NCBI GenBank assembly: GCA_038869755.1
Contig: JAWCQN010000004.1
Span: forward strand, 1-59,274
Origin: Candidatus Pacearchaeota archaeon
GTDB lineage: Archaea > Nanobdellota > Nanobdellia > Pacearchaeales > GW2011-AR1
Reading direction: 5' to 3'
Length of the DNA stretch: 59,274 bases
Both the position numbers and the translations under genes were made by a program. The notes beneath the pieces were generated by a model. It saw only the letters and a program-made list of their open reading frames with translations. It was not told where the DNA came from and did no database searches. Below are positions 38,448 through 47,268 of the stretch, one piece after another (position 1 is the first letter of the stretch; every line of letters begins with the position of its first letter).

Positions 38448-39395
38448 ATGGATGCACAAAATACTAAAAAAGAAAAAAGTGATGTGATAAAAATAAACTT
38501 AAGCAAAATTAAAAAGATTCCAACACACTCATGGGCTATATTTTCATATGTTTTAATTATAGCACTGATAATTCTGCTTGCAATTAATTTCTCTGGAAAT
38601 AATCTTGGAAATTCAATAAGTAAAGATAAAATTAAGCCGGAAATTCAAAATTTTGTCAATTCTCAGTTAATAGATAACACAGCAATTGTTCAGGATGTTA
38701 AAAAAGAATCTGGTATTTATGTTGCTACAATAGTGTTAGATGGCCAAAATGTCCCTTTATACTTCACAACAGACGGAAAATTCATCTCTCAAGGAGCCCC
38801 GCTTGAATCAATAATAGGATCAAACAAAATTCAGCAAAAAAATACAGGAAATAACAACCAAGAAAAATTTGTAGATGCGAGTGAAGATGATGACGCTGTG
38901 CTTGGAAATAAAAATGCTCCGGTAACAATTATAGAGTTTTCGGACTTTCAATGTCCATTTTGTGAAAGATTTTTTAGTGAGAGTTTTCCTCAGATTAAAT
39001 CAAAATACATAGACTCTGGAAAAGTCAAACTGGTTTATAGGGATTTTCCTCTCAATTTTCATCCAATGGCTCAAAAAGCCGCTGAAGCTGCAGAATGTGT
39101 AAGGTCCAAAGGAAGAGATGAAGCCTTTTGGAAAATGCATGATAAGATATTTGAAAATCAGGATTCCCTATCAGAAACCAATCTAAAAAAATGGGCAAAA
39201 GAGCTTGGATATGATATAGATAGTTGTTTAGATAATGGGGAGAAAACACAGGAAGTTTTAAAAGATTTATCAGATGGAACTTCATATGGGGTTTCCGGAA
39301 CTCCAAGTTTTTTCATTAATGGAAAAATGATTGAAGGAGCTGTTCCATACCAAATATTTGAATCTGAAATAGAGAATGCTTTAGCTTCAGTCTAA
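38448..39395 (+). CDS. Membrane-anchored DsbA/thioredoxin-fold protein
   Basis: TM; G..NAPVTIIEFSDFQCPFC; YRDFPL.FH; GVSGTPSFFING. Confidence 0.92.
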   Translation: MDAQNTKKEKSDVIKINLSKIKKIPTHSWAIFSYVLIIALIILLAINFSGNNLGNSISKDKIKPEIQNFVNSQLIDNTAIVQDVKKESGIYVATIVLDGQNVPLYFTTDGKFISQGAPLESIIGSNKIQQKNTGNNNQEKFVDASEDDDAVLGNKNAPVTIIEFSDFQCPFCERFFSESFPQIKSKYIDSGKVKLVYRDFPLNFHPMAQKAAEAAECVRSKGRDEAFWKMHDKIFENQDSLSETNLKKWAKELGYDIDSCLDNGEKTQEVLKDLSDGTSYGVSGTPSFFINGKMIEGAVPYQIFESEIENALASV

Positions 39396-40574
39396 CTTAT
39401 TTATATAGGAAATTTCTTGTTCACTTAAATTTAACTGCTTTTGAAAATGTTCGTTTTTAAGGATACTCTTCAAAAAATAAAATTCCTTAGAAGCCTTCTT
39501 TTTTGAACAATGAATTACTTTGGCATATTTTGAAATTATTGATTTTTTATGCTTTTCTTTTTCACTATTCATCCATATTTTTAAAACTCTGGAAGGTTTC
39601 TTATATGCAGTAAAACCTGATTTGGGATTTGATTTAGAAAGGGATATTCCTGCGCTTAAAAAAATATTCTGATAAACTAAAAACCTCCAATACCTCTGTC
39701 TCTGTATTCTTCCCCTGAAAACATCTGCAATACTTAATGCTTCGTATGCATTAAATAACTCCTCTCCGGAATATTCATAAGGAATATTTTCTTCTAACCA
39801 TAAAAACACCTTATCCAAAGGCATATCTAATGAGTCATAAATCCTAAGAGTTTCTGGAGTCAATAAATTCTTAAAAACAAATTTTAAAACATTGAAAATA
39901 TCAGCCTGTTTATTTCTTTCATCAATTGATATATATGATAAATCAATATCACTAGATACTAACTGCAAATCATTCAGCGCAGCCCTAACATCGCCTTTTG
40001 ACTTTATTGAAAGTGAAACCAATATCTGATTGTCAATGATTAAATGTTCTTTTTTAGCAACATCCTGCAAAATTAGTGAAATGGTTTTATAATCCAGTTC
40101 TTTCATGGCAACCAGTCTGGATTTATTTCTCAGCTCCCCAAATTTGGCATCCCATATATTGTTTGCAGTCATAACTATTGGAAATTTTGTAGATTCTATC
40201 AAATCAACCAGCTCTGGAAGTCCGCCTTTATCACTCATGGATAATCCATCTACTTCATCAACTAACAAAACTTTCCACTTTTTAAATAAACCCGCCTGTT
40301 CTGAAGCTGGCTTTAGTTTTATTAATAACTGCTCCTTGTTCCTAAAATCTGATGCGTTTAATTCAAACATTTCAAGATTAAGCTCATTTTGGATTACATA
40401 TGCTAAAGAAGTTTTTCCAACTCCGGCAGGCCCATGAAGAATTATTGCTTTCTTATCATTGGGAAAATTTTTAAAAAAATTTTTTATCTCCAATATCACA
40501 TTATCCTGCCCTTTTAATTCATGAAAATTTTTTGGCCTGTATTTTTCAGTCCAGCTTTGAATTTCCTGCGTCAT
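39387..40574 (-). CDS. rfcL: Replication factor C large subunit
   Basis: WTEKYRP, GPAGVGKT, ELNASDFR, LVDEVDG, GDVRAALNDLQ, WLEEN, ADVFRGRI...YW. Confidence 0.93.
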   Translation of the reverse strand: MTQEIQSWTEKYRPKNFHELKGQDNVILEIKNFFKNFPNDKKAIILHGPAGVGKTSLAYVIQNELNLEMFELNASDFRNKEQLLIKLKPASEQAGLFKKWKVLLVDEVDGLSMSDKGGLPELVDLIESTKFPIVMTANNIWDAKFGELRNKSRLVAMKELDYKTISLILQDVAKKEHLIIDNQILVSLSIKSKGDVRAALNDLQLVSSDIDLSYISIDERNKQADIFNVLKFVFKNLLTPETLRIYDSLDMPLDKVFLWLEENIPYEYSGEELFNAYEALSIADVFRGRIQRQRYWRFLVYQNIFLSAGISLSKSNPKSGFTAYKKPSRVLKIWMNSEKEKHKKSIISKYAKVIHCSKKKASKEFYFLKSILKNEHFQKQLNLSEQEISYINKLD

Positions 40575-40575
40575 T

Positions 40576-41544
40576 TCATCTGCCTCTTCCAGCCATTACA
40601 AAACTTGCCAACAAGGATTCAAGTTGTATAAATTCGTCGCTTCCTTCAACAAGCCTGAATTCTATTTCACCTGTTCTTTCTGTAAGCTTAACTTTTAGTT
40701 CAGGCTCCAACGACAGGTTCCATATCTCTTTTTGAATAGATTTGATAATATCTGTTCCAGAAATACTCTCTCTTAACATAATATCCAACAATTTTTCTTT
40801 TGATTTAATAAAATCTCCTGACAAGGCATATTCCAAAACAATTTTTATATCTGATGGTTTTGCACTTGGAACAAGAATTTCAACCAAATCAACAGTTATT
40901 ATATCGCTTATAGAGCTGGTCGTTTGCAACAAATTTATCATTCTCCTACAATCCCCCTCACTCAATTCAAATAATACTTCTACAGCCTTATCATCAATTT
41001 TTAATTTCTCTCTCTCCGCAATTCTCCTGATTATTTTCTCTATGTCCTTTCTCTCCAAAAGCCTGAATCTGAATACAGCACATCTGCTCTGGATTGGATC
41101 AATTATCTTGGAAGAGTAATTGCAAGAGAGTATAAATCTGCAGTTTGAAGTATAATTTTCCATAGTCCTCCTTAAGGCATTTTGAGCCTCATTTGTTAAA
41201 GCATCTGCTTCGTCCAAAAATATTACTTTAAAAGGAACACTTGCAATTGCCTTGGTTCTGGCAAAATCCTTAACTTTTTGCCTGATAACATCAATACCTC
41301 TTTCATCTGATGCGTTTAATTCAAGATAATTCTCCCTCCATTTTTCTCCAAATAGCTCTCTCACAACAATTAAAGCCAAGGTTGATTTTCCCACTCCGGC
41401 AGGACCTGCAAATAACATATGTGGAATATTCAAGGAATTTGTCAAAGAATGTACCCTTTTAACAATATCTGACTGACCCACAATTTCATCGAAACTTCTT
41501 GGCCTGTATTTTTCAGTCCAGATTTCGCTTTCAACCTCTTTCAT
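40576..41544 (-). CDS. rfcS: Replication factor C small subunit
   Basis: WTEKYRP, GPAGVGKST, ELNASDERGIDVIR, LDEADAL, ALRRTME, IQSRC; no intein. Confidence 0.96.
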   Translation of the reverse strand: MKEVESEIWTEKYRPRSFDEIVGQSDIVKRVHSLTNSLNIPHMLFAGPAGVGKSTLALIVVRELFGEKWRENYLELNASDERGIDVIRQKVKDFARTKAIASVPFKVIFLDEADALTNEAQNALRRTMENYTSNCRFILSCNYSSKIIDPIQSRCAVFRFRLLERKDIEKIIRRIAEREKLKIDDKAVEVLFELSEGDCRRMINLLQTTSSISDIITVDLVEILVPSAKPSDIKIVLEYALSGDFIKSKEKLLDIMLRESISGTDIIKSIQKEIWNLSLEPELKVKLTERTGEIEFRLVEGSDEFIQLESLLASFVMAGRGR

Positions 41545-41611
41545 AAATGTTTTATAAACTATTCCTATAAAAAGATTGCTATACTAAAATAGAAACAATA
41601 TAATTAATAAC

Positions 41612-41740
41612 TTAAATGGCTCTTTCTCTCTTAAGCCTTCTATTTCTTTTTGCTTTTCTTAACTTCTTTCTCTGCCATTTCCATCTCATTTGGCGTTTTT
41701 TCTTCCATCGTCTTGATGATCGTTTCATTTTGAACAGCAT
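41612..41740 (-). CDS. rpl41e: Ribosomal protein L41e (eL41/eS32); start at 41740 or 41728, not 41797
   Basis: KRSSRRWKKK..MRWKW..KKLRK.KR matches the archaeal L41e pattern; TATA at ~41760-41767 fits a leaderless start at 41740. Confidence 0.85.
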   Translation of the reverse strand: MLFKMKRSSRRWKKKRQMRWKWQRKKLRKAKRNRRLKRERAI

Positions 41741-41780
41741 AAATTTAATAAAAAATTTATTTATAAACCTTGTTGTGAAA

Positions 41781-42116
41781 TTATAAATTTGAATCAAGCC
41801 ATCTTTTTACCTGACTTTCAGGTTGTGCTCCTACAAATTCTGCCACTACCTTCCCATTTTTGAACATTTTAACAGAAGGTATACTTAAAACATTAAATTG
41901 CTGTGCCTTAACATGGTTTTCATCTACATTAAGTTTAGAAAGTAAAAACTTGCCTTTGTATTCTTCAGATAATTTTTCCAATACAGGACCTAAATACCTG
42001 CAAGGACCACACCAAGCTGCCCAAAAATCAACCACTACAGGAATTTTCTTAGATTTTTCAATAACTTCTTTTTCAAAAGTCTTATCCGATATTTCTACAA
42101 TATTTTTGCCAACCAT
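41781..42116 (-). CDS. trxA: Thioredoxin
   Basis: VVDFWAAWCGPC, SIP. Confidence 0.95.
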   Translation of the reverse strand: MVGKNIVEISDKTFEKEVIEKSKKIPVVVDFWAAWCGPCRYLGPVLEKLSEEYKGKFLLSKLNVDENHVKAQQFNVLSIPSVKMFKNGKVVAEFVGAQPESQVKRWLDSNL

Positions 42117-42204
42117 GACAATTAATATTTTTTTTTATATTTAAATTTGACGCTTATCTTATGAACATAAAAAAATATCCCAAAAAAATAATTTGCTATA
42201 TAAA

Positions 42205-43224
42205 TCATTTCTTCGCAAAACTCTCTGCAACTAAAATAGGAAATAAAATTGTAGCATCTCCATAAACTTTAACACTTTGATTTTCTTTTCCTATATTACT
42301 TTTAAGTTTACCCCAAGAAACAGCTTCGTCTGGAACAGCTCCTGCATCACTTCCATCAAATTCCTGTGCAGTATTTATATACACGGCATAATCAGTTCCA
42401 TTTCTGTAAAGATGTGCATTCAATATAGAATGTTTAACAACTCCTCCTCCTAAAATAATAACTCCGCTTTTTTCCAGACCCAAAGTGCTATCATTTAACC
42501 TTTTCCCGTCTTCAACACTGTCTAAGATAAAATCTTCTCTTCCTTTTTTATACTTAAAAAAATAAATCATATCTCCTAATGATCCGTCCATTATAGCCGG
42601 ACAATAAACAGGTATTTTATTCTTCCAAGCCCAATAATAAATACTTTCCTTATTATTTATCTTTTCTCCTAATTTCCAGATTAATTCACTTGGCATATAT
42701 GGTTTTCCTGCTTTTTTGCTCTCTAAATAAACCTCTTCAAGTATTGGTATAACCCATTTTTCAAATGCAATATATCTTGAGTTAGGAACAAAAATATTTC
42801 CAATTCTGTTAATAGCTCTTTTCCTTAATTCCTTTCCTGAAGCTCTAAAATCTCCTAAGATAAAATCTCCCAAACATTTAATAAAATCCTCTTCAACTCC
42901 TCCGGCTGTTGTTACAATAAAATCAATTTTCTTATGTTCAGCCAAATACCTGAAAATATCCCTTAAACCACTACTTACCATATTAGAAGTGTATCCTAAA
43001 AAAATAGTGGCTTTATCAGCCCTCATTTTATTAACAATTTCTATAGCCTTAGAAAAATTAGTTGCCTGAAAACCCATTGAATTAAAAGATTTAATAAGTT
43101 CTGCATAATTTACTCCTTTATTAAAATCATAACCCTTAATTTTAATTCCTTTTACCTCTGAACTTTTCTTAAAAATATTTTCCCTTGCAATTGAACCATT
43201 ATTTCTAACCATAAGATATAACAA
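42205..43224 (-). CDS. dys: Deoxyhypusine synthase (likely start ATG at 43212)
   Basis: GFQAT, FLGYTSNMVSSGLR, TTAGGVEED, NRIGN, DGSLGD, EFDGSDAGA.PDEAVSWGK. Confidence 0.96.
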   Translation of the reverse strand: MLYLMVRNNGSIARENIFKKSSEVKGIKIKGYDFNKGVNYAELIKSFNSMGFQATNFSKAIEIVNKMRADKATIFLGYTSNMVSSGLRDIFRYLAEHKKIDFIVTTAGGVEEDFIKCLGDFILGDFRASGKELRKRAINRIGNIFVPNSRYIAFEKWVIPILEEVYLESKKAGKPYMPSELIWKLGEKINNKESIYYWAWKNKIPVYCPAIMDGSLGDMIYFFKYKKGREDFILDSVEDGKRLNDSTLGLEKSGVIILGGGVVKHSILNAHLYRNGTDYAVYINTAQEFDGSDAGAVPDEAVSWGKLKSNIGKENQSVKVYGDATILFPILVAESFAKK

Positions 43225-43390
43225 ACTTTAATAGAATTTCTTAAACGAATTAACAAATAGGAATAGCAATACTTTCCTGAATCTTCACTAACCTATTCAT
43301 AATATTCTATAATAAAATAGGATTTAAAAAACTATCCACTCATTATATATTCAGTATTATTTATAAACACTATCCCATTATATATTAATT

Positions 43391-44074
43391 ATGAAAAAAA
43401 AAGATAGTAGAAATGTTTATTACATTTACTTATTCAGACATGGACAGACATACTACAATAAAAAAGGGATATTCACAGGCTGGAAAAATTCTAATTTAAC
43501 GCCATTGGGTATAAAACAGGCAGGAATAATAAGCAAAAAATTAAAAAATAAAAAAATTCAGGTTGCCTTCCAAACAAAGCTTGGAAGATCAAAAGACACT
43601 CTAAAAATAGTTCTTAAAAATCATCCGGAGTGCAAAAAAATATTCACAGATAACAGAATGATTGAAAGAAACTATGGAAGATTAAATGGAATTTCTCACA
43701 AAGCATTTATAGAAAATATAGGAAAAAAAATTTACAATTTGGAAGTTGAAGGAGATGCCATAGAAAATTTGAGTAAGGGGTTAAGAAATAAAGTTCAAAA
43801 GTTGCTTGGTGAAGAAGAGTATAAAGCAATTCACAGAGGATATAACATCCCTCCTCCGAAAGGAGAATCTTTCGCAATGGTTGAAAAAAGAGTAAAGCCG
43901 TTCATAAAAGATTTGGTAAGATACATTAAAAAAAATAAAGTTAATGTAGCAATTTCAGCCCATGGAAATTCTATAAGGCTTTTTAGGAAAATATGGGAAA
44001 AAAAATCAAATGAAGAGGCTGAAAAATGGTTTATTCCTTATGATAAGGTTTTTATATATAAAGTCAGGATATAA
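43391..44074 (+). CDS. Histidine phosphatase / 2,3-bisphosphoglycerate-dependent phosphoglycerate mutase family
   Basis: FRHGQT..N...FTGW, ERNYG, PPKGES, AHGNSIR. Confidence 0.85.
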   Translation: MKKKDSRNVYYIYLFRHGQTYYNKKGIFTGWKNSNLTPLGIKQAGIISKKLKNKKIQVAFQTKLGRSKDTLKIVLKNHPECKKIFTDNRMIERNYGRLNGISHKAFIENIGKKIYNLEVEGDAIENLSKGLRNKVQKLLGEEEYKAIHRGYNIPPPKGESFAMVEKRVKPFIKDLVRYIKKNKVNVAISAHGNSIRLFRKIWEKKSNEEAEKWFIPYDKVFIYKVRI

Positions 44075-44077
44075 AAA

Positions 44078-45268
44078 ATGTCTATTTTAATAAGAAAACA
44101 TCATGGCGTGAGAGAATTCACAGGAATTGGAAAATTAAGTTTAGTAGGATTTATCAGCGCTTTGGCAAATTCATTCGTGATAACAATATGGGCTGTTTAC
44201 CTTAACAGCTTTATTAATGATACAGCCAAAGTTGGACTAATTTCAGCTTTTCTGACCTTGGTGGCTGTAGCTTCATATTTCATATTCATACCCTTTATTG
44301 AAAAATCAAGCAAAACAAAAATATATTCTTTTTCCTTGATTATTTTTGGAATATCTTATTTATTGTTCGCATTTATTAAAAGTTTTGCTCTGTTCATGGC
44401 AGTAGCAATAATAATTAATTTGACATATGCACTAAGAATAACAAGTTTCGGGCTTATAATTAAGGATAAATCCGGAAAAAAAAGGCTGCCAAGAAATGAA
44501 GGGATAATATATACTTTTGCAAACATTGCATTTATTATCGGCCCGCTAATTGCAGGATATATTTCATCAAAATCAGGAAACCCCATGATATTTATCATAA
44601 CCTCTATTTTAATATTCCTCACATTAATCATTTTTAATTTTTCCAATATAAAAGATGACCATGAACTTAAAAAAACACACAAAAATTTATTTTTAAATGC
44701 CTTTAAATTTCTAAAAAACAAAGACAGAAGTATTGCTTATATAATAGGTTCTGGTCCAAGTTTCTGGTGGGCACTGATATATTTATTTATCCCGTTATAT
44801 ATAATAAACAACGGCCTTGATAAGTTATGGATAGGATATTTCCTATTTGCTGTCCCAATTCCATTAATCTTTCTCGAATATAAAATATCCAATAAAGTCA
44901 ACAAGACAGGATTTAGAAAATTATTTACATTTGGTTTCCTAATAGCCTCAATATCTGCATTAATTTGCTTCTTTTTAGGGAACATTTACATTATACTTGG
45001 TGTTTTAATACTTGCCAGTATTGGATTAGCCATGCTGGAGCCGACAACAGAAGCATATTTTTTCTTTGTTTCAAATAAAAAAGATGAGCAAAGATTTTAC
45101 GGACCATATAACACAAGGATTGAATTAGGTGGTTTGGCAGGCAAATTCATCCCGGGCATAATTTTACTGTTTTTGCCATTTAAGTATATCTTCATTGTTT
45201 TTTCAGCAATAATGTTTTTATTTTTTTTAATTTCCCTGATTTCAAAAAATAAAGCAGAAAAAAGCTAA
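44078..45268 (+). CDS. MFS transporter
   Basis: ~12 hydrophobic segments, 396 aa, IIGPLIAG motif. Confidence 0.85.
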   Translation: MSILIRKHHGVREFTGIGKLSLVGFISALANSFVITIWAVYLNSFINDTAKVGLISAFLTLVAVASYFIFIPFIEKSSKTKIYSFSLIIFGISYLLFAFIKSFALFMAVAIIINLTYALRITSFGLIIKDKSGKKRLPRNEGIIYTFANIAFIIGPLIAGYISSKSGNPMIFIITSILIFLTLIIFNFSNIKDDHELKKTHKNLFLNAFKFLKNKDRSIAYIIGSGPSFWWALIYLFIPLYIINNGLDKLWIGYFLFAVPIPLIFLEYKISNKVNKTGFRKLFTFGFLIASISALICFFLGNIYIILGVLILASIGLAMLEPTTEAYFFFVSNKKDEQRFYGPYNTRIELGGLAGKFIPGIILLFLPFKYIFIVFSAIMFLFFLISLISKNKAEKS

Positions 45269-45343
45269 ATACCAATTCCCAAATGAAAAAATTACTGGCA
45301 GAATATAAACATAAAATAATAATTTTAAAATACAAACCTTAAT

Positions 45344-45730
45344 TTACTTCAAATTTTTTAATATCTCTTCTTCAGTTTCCATATGGTCTCTTAATTTTCT
45401 GATTAGCATTCTAATATCAGTATCTAAAGAAGCTTTCATCTGAATTATACTACCGGAATTTAAAGTTTCAAGAATAGCTTTTTTTATGCCATTAAGCTCC
45501 TTATGTTCAAATTTAATTTTATCATATTTAAAATCTGGATTTTCTTTATAAAATTTAGAAAACAATTTATCTTCTTTATCCTCATGACGATTCCAAAACT
45601 TTATTAATTTCATAAGTGTATGTTTAATGTTAGAAAGATTTATTTCCTCAGAATCCATGTTATCTTCTAATTCCAATAGCTCTCTTTCTATTAATTTGTG
45701 CTCTTTTTTCAGAAATGACAAAGAAATCAT
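45344..45730 (-). CDS. Hemerythrin/HHE cation-binding domain protein
   Basis: EH..I, H...E..LF, EH, H...EE pattern. Confidence 0.8.
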   Translation of the reverse strand: MISLSFLKKEHKLIERELLELEDNMDSEEINLSNIKHTLMKLIKFWNRHEDKEDKLFSKFYKENPDFKYDKIKFEHKELNGIKKAILETLNSGSIIQMKASLDTDIRMLIRKLRDHMETEEEILKNLK

Positions 45731-45771
45731 AAAAATTAATATGAGTTATAATATATAAATTTAATGAAAGA

Positions 45772-45973
45772 TGCTCCCGCCGGGACTTGAACCCGGGTCT
45801 GGGCCGTTCTCCGAAATCTCAAAATACTACAAAACCAAAGTTTTGTTCTAAACTGAGACTTTCCTAATAAAGGAAGGAGTGCAGTTGATTTGAGAATCGT
45901 GCTGTATCCTTTCAACAAAGTTAACAGGCACTGCTCGAGAGGGCCCAATGCTTGACCGCTACACCACAGGAGC
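45772..45973 (-). tRNA. tRNA-Glu(CUC) with 129-nt intron (45807..45935) at position 37/38
   Basis: GCTCCTG...GGGCC-CT-CTC-G|intron|C-GGCCC...CCGGG-TTCAAGT-CCCGG-CGGGAGC-A; BHB-like CTCT/GGAG helix with bulges CGA and AAC. Confidence 0.88.
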
Positions 45974-45983
45974 TAAAAGACAT

Positions 45984-46058
45984 CAAAGGTTTCTTTTATA
46001 AACTTCCTTTAATACTCACATAAACACCAAAGGTTTCTTTTATAAACTTCCTTTAATA
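45984..46058 (-). promoter_or_regulatory. Tandemly duplicated tRNA promoter (exact 31-bp direct repeat, period 44)
   Basis: CAAAGGTTTCTTTTATAAACTTCCTTTAATA at 45984-46014 and 46028-46058; each copy contains TTTATAAA with a purine-rich BRE-like run on the - strand. Confidence 0.85.
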
Positions 46059-46089
46059 TCTTTAATATTTAATAAATACTATAAAAATC

Positions 46090-46752
46090 TTACTTTTTAC
46101 CTGAAAACCTCTTTCTTCTTTTAATCTCAAGATAAAAAATAATTATAAACAAACAAATGAGTAAAACAATTATAGTAATCAAGTTCAAATTCTTATTTAT
46201 TAAATCAATATTATCTCCAAATAAATAACCTAAATAAATTAAAATAAGAGACCATATTCCAGCACCAAGGGCTGTATAAAAAGCAAATTTTATTTTATTC
46301 ATTTTTGCAAACCCGGCAGGAAAACTAATAAGCTGCCTTATTACTGGAATCAATCTTCCGATAAAAGTTGTTATATCACCATATATTTCAAAATATCTGT
46401 CTACCTTTTCAAGTTTTTCCTTATTTATCAAAACAATCTTTCCATATTTGACAACTAATTTATCGACAATTCTTCTTCCTAAAATAAGAGCAAGATAATA
46501 ATTAATAAAAGCCCCTAATAAACTACCTATTAATGAAGCAAGTAAAACCAGTAGAAAAGACATTTTTCCCTGAGAGACTAAAACGCCTGCTGGAATCAAT
46601 ACTACTTCGGAAGGAAAAGGAATAAAACTGCTCTCAATTGTCATTAAAATAAATATTCCCAAATAGCCAAGTTTTCCTATTGCGCTCACTAAAAAATTAA
46701 CCCCTGAATTAAAAACCTCTGAAATCATGATACATCCAAATACACCTAACAT
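46090..46752 (-). CDS. DedA-family membrane protein
   Basis: [32 protein letters not shown]. Confidence 0.93.
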   Translation of the reverse strand: MLGVFGCIMISEVFNSGVNFLVSAIGKLGYLGIFILMTIESSFIPFPSEVVLIPAGVLVSQGKMSFLLVLLASLIGSLLGAFINYYLALILGRRIVDKLVVKYGKIVLINKEKLEKVDRYFEIYGDITTFIGRLIPVIRQLISFPAGFAKMNKIKFAFYTALGAGIWSLILIYLGYLFGDNIDLINKNLNLITIIVLLICLFIIIFYLEIKRRKRFSGKK

Positions 46753-46860
46753 CTATAAATAAACAGCATTTATAAATATCACATCTTATATAATTCTATC
46801 TATCTTGTTTGTGAATAATAGAAAGAAAAACAATAAAAACCAGGTTCAATTAATTAAAAG

Positions 46861-47205
46861 ATGAAAAAGCCTTTAATAGACAGGCGCCCATGGGGATATG
46901 AAGAAATATTTACCAAAAATAAAAAAACTTCTGTTAAAATTCTCCATATAAAGCCTAAAAAGAGGAATTCTCTCCAACTTCATAAAAATCGCACTGAATT
47001 TTTATACTTGCTGGACAACCCGATAAAGGCAGTTATTGGAACTAAAACCTTAAAATTAAAAAAAGGAAAAGCTATTTGGATAAAGAAAGGTGTTAAACAC
47101 AGGTTAATTGGCATGGATAAAGAAGCAAGAATCCTTGAAATTTCATTTGGAAAATTTTATGAAAAAGATATAAAAAGATTGGAAGATGATTTTGGAAGAG
47201 TTTGA
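46861..47205 (+). CDS. Cupin, mannose-6-phosphate isomerase type II C-terminal domain-like
   Basis: RPWG, SLQLH..R.E, HRL, EDDFGR. Confidence 0.85.
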   Translation: MKKPLIDRRPWGYEEIFTKNKKTSVKILHIKPKKRNSLQLHKNRTEFLYLLDNPIKAVIGTKTLKLKKGKAIWIKKGVKHRLIGMDKEARILEISFGKFYEKDIKRLEDDFGRV

Positions 47206-47268
47206 TAATAATTATAATAAAATAAATATGGAACTGAGTATATTAATAATTCTAATATGAAAAAATAA

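Noticed and set aside
45736-45948. 70-aa ORF as an intron-encoded protein or homing endonuclease
   Set aside because: It runs through both tRNA-Glu exons, has no nuclease motif, and the intron is only 129 nt.
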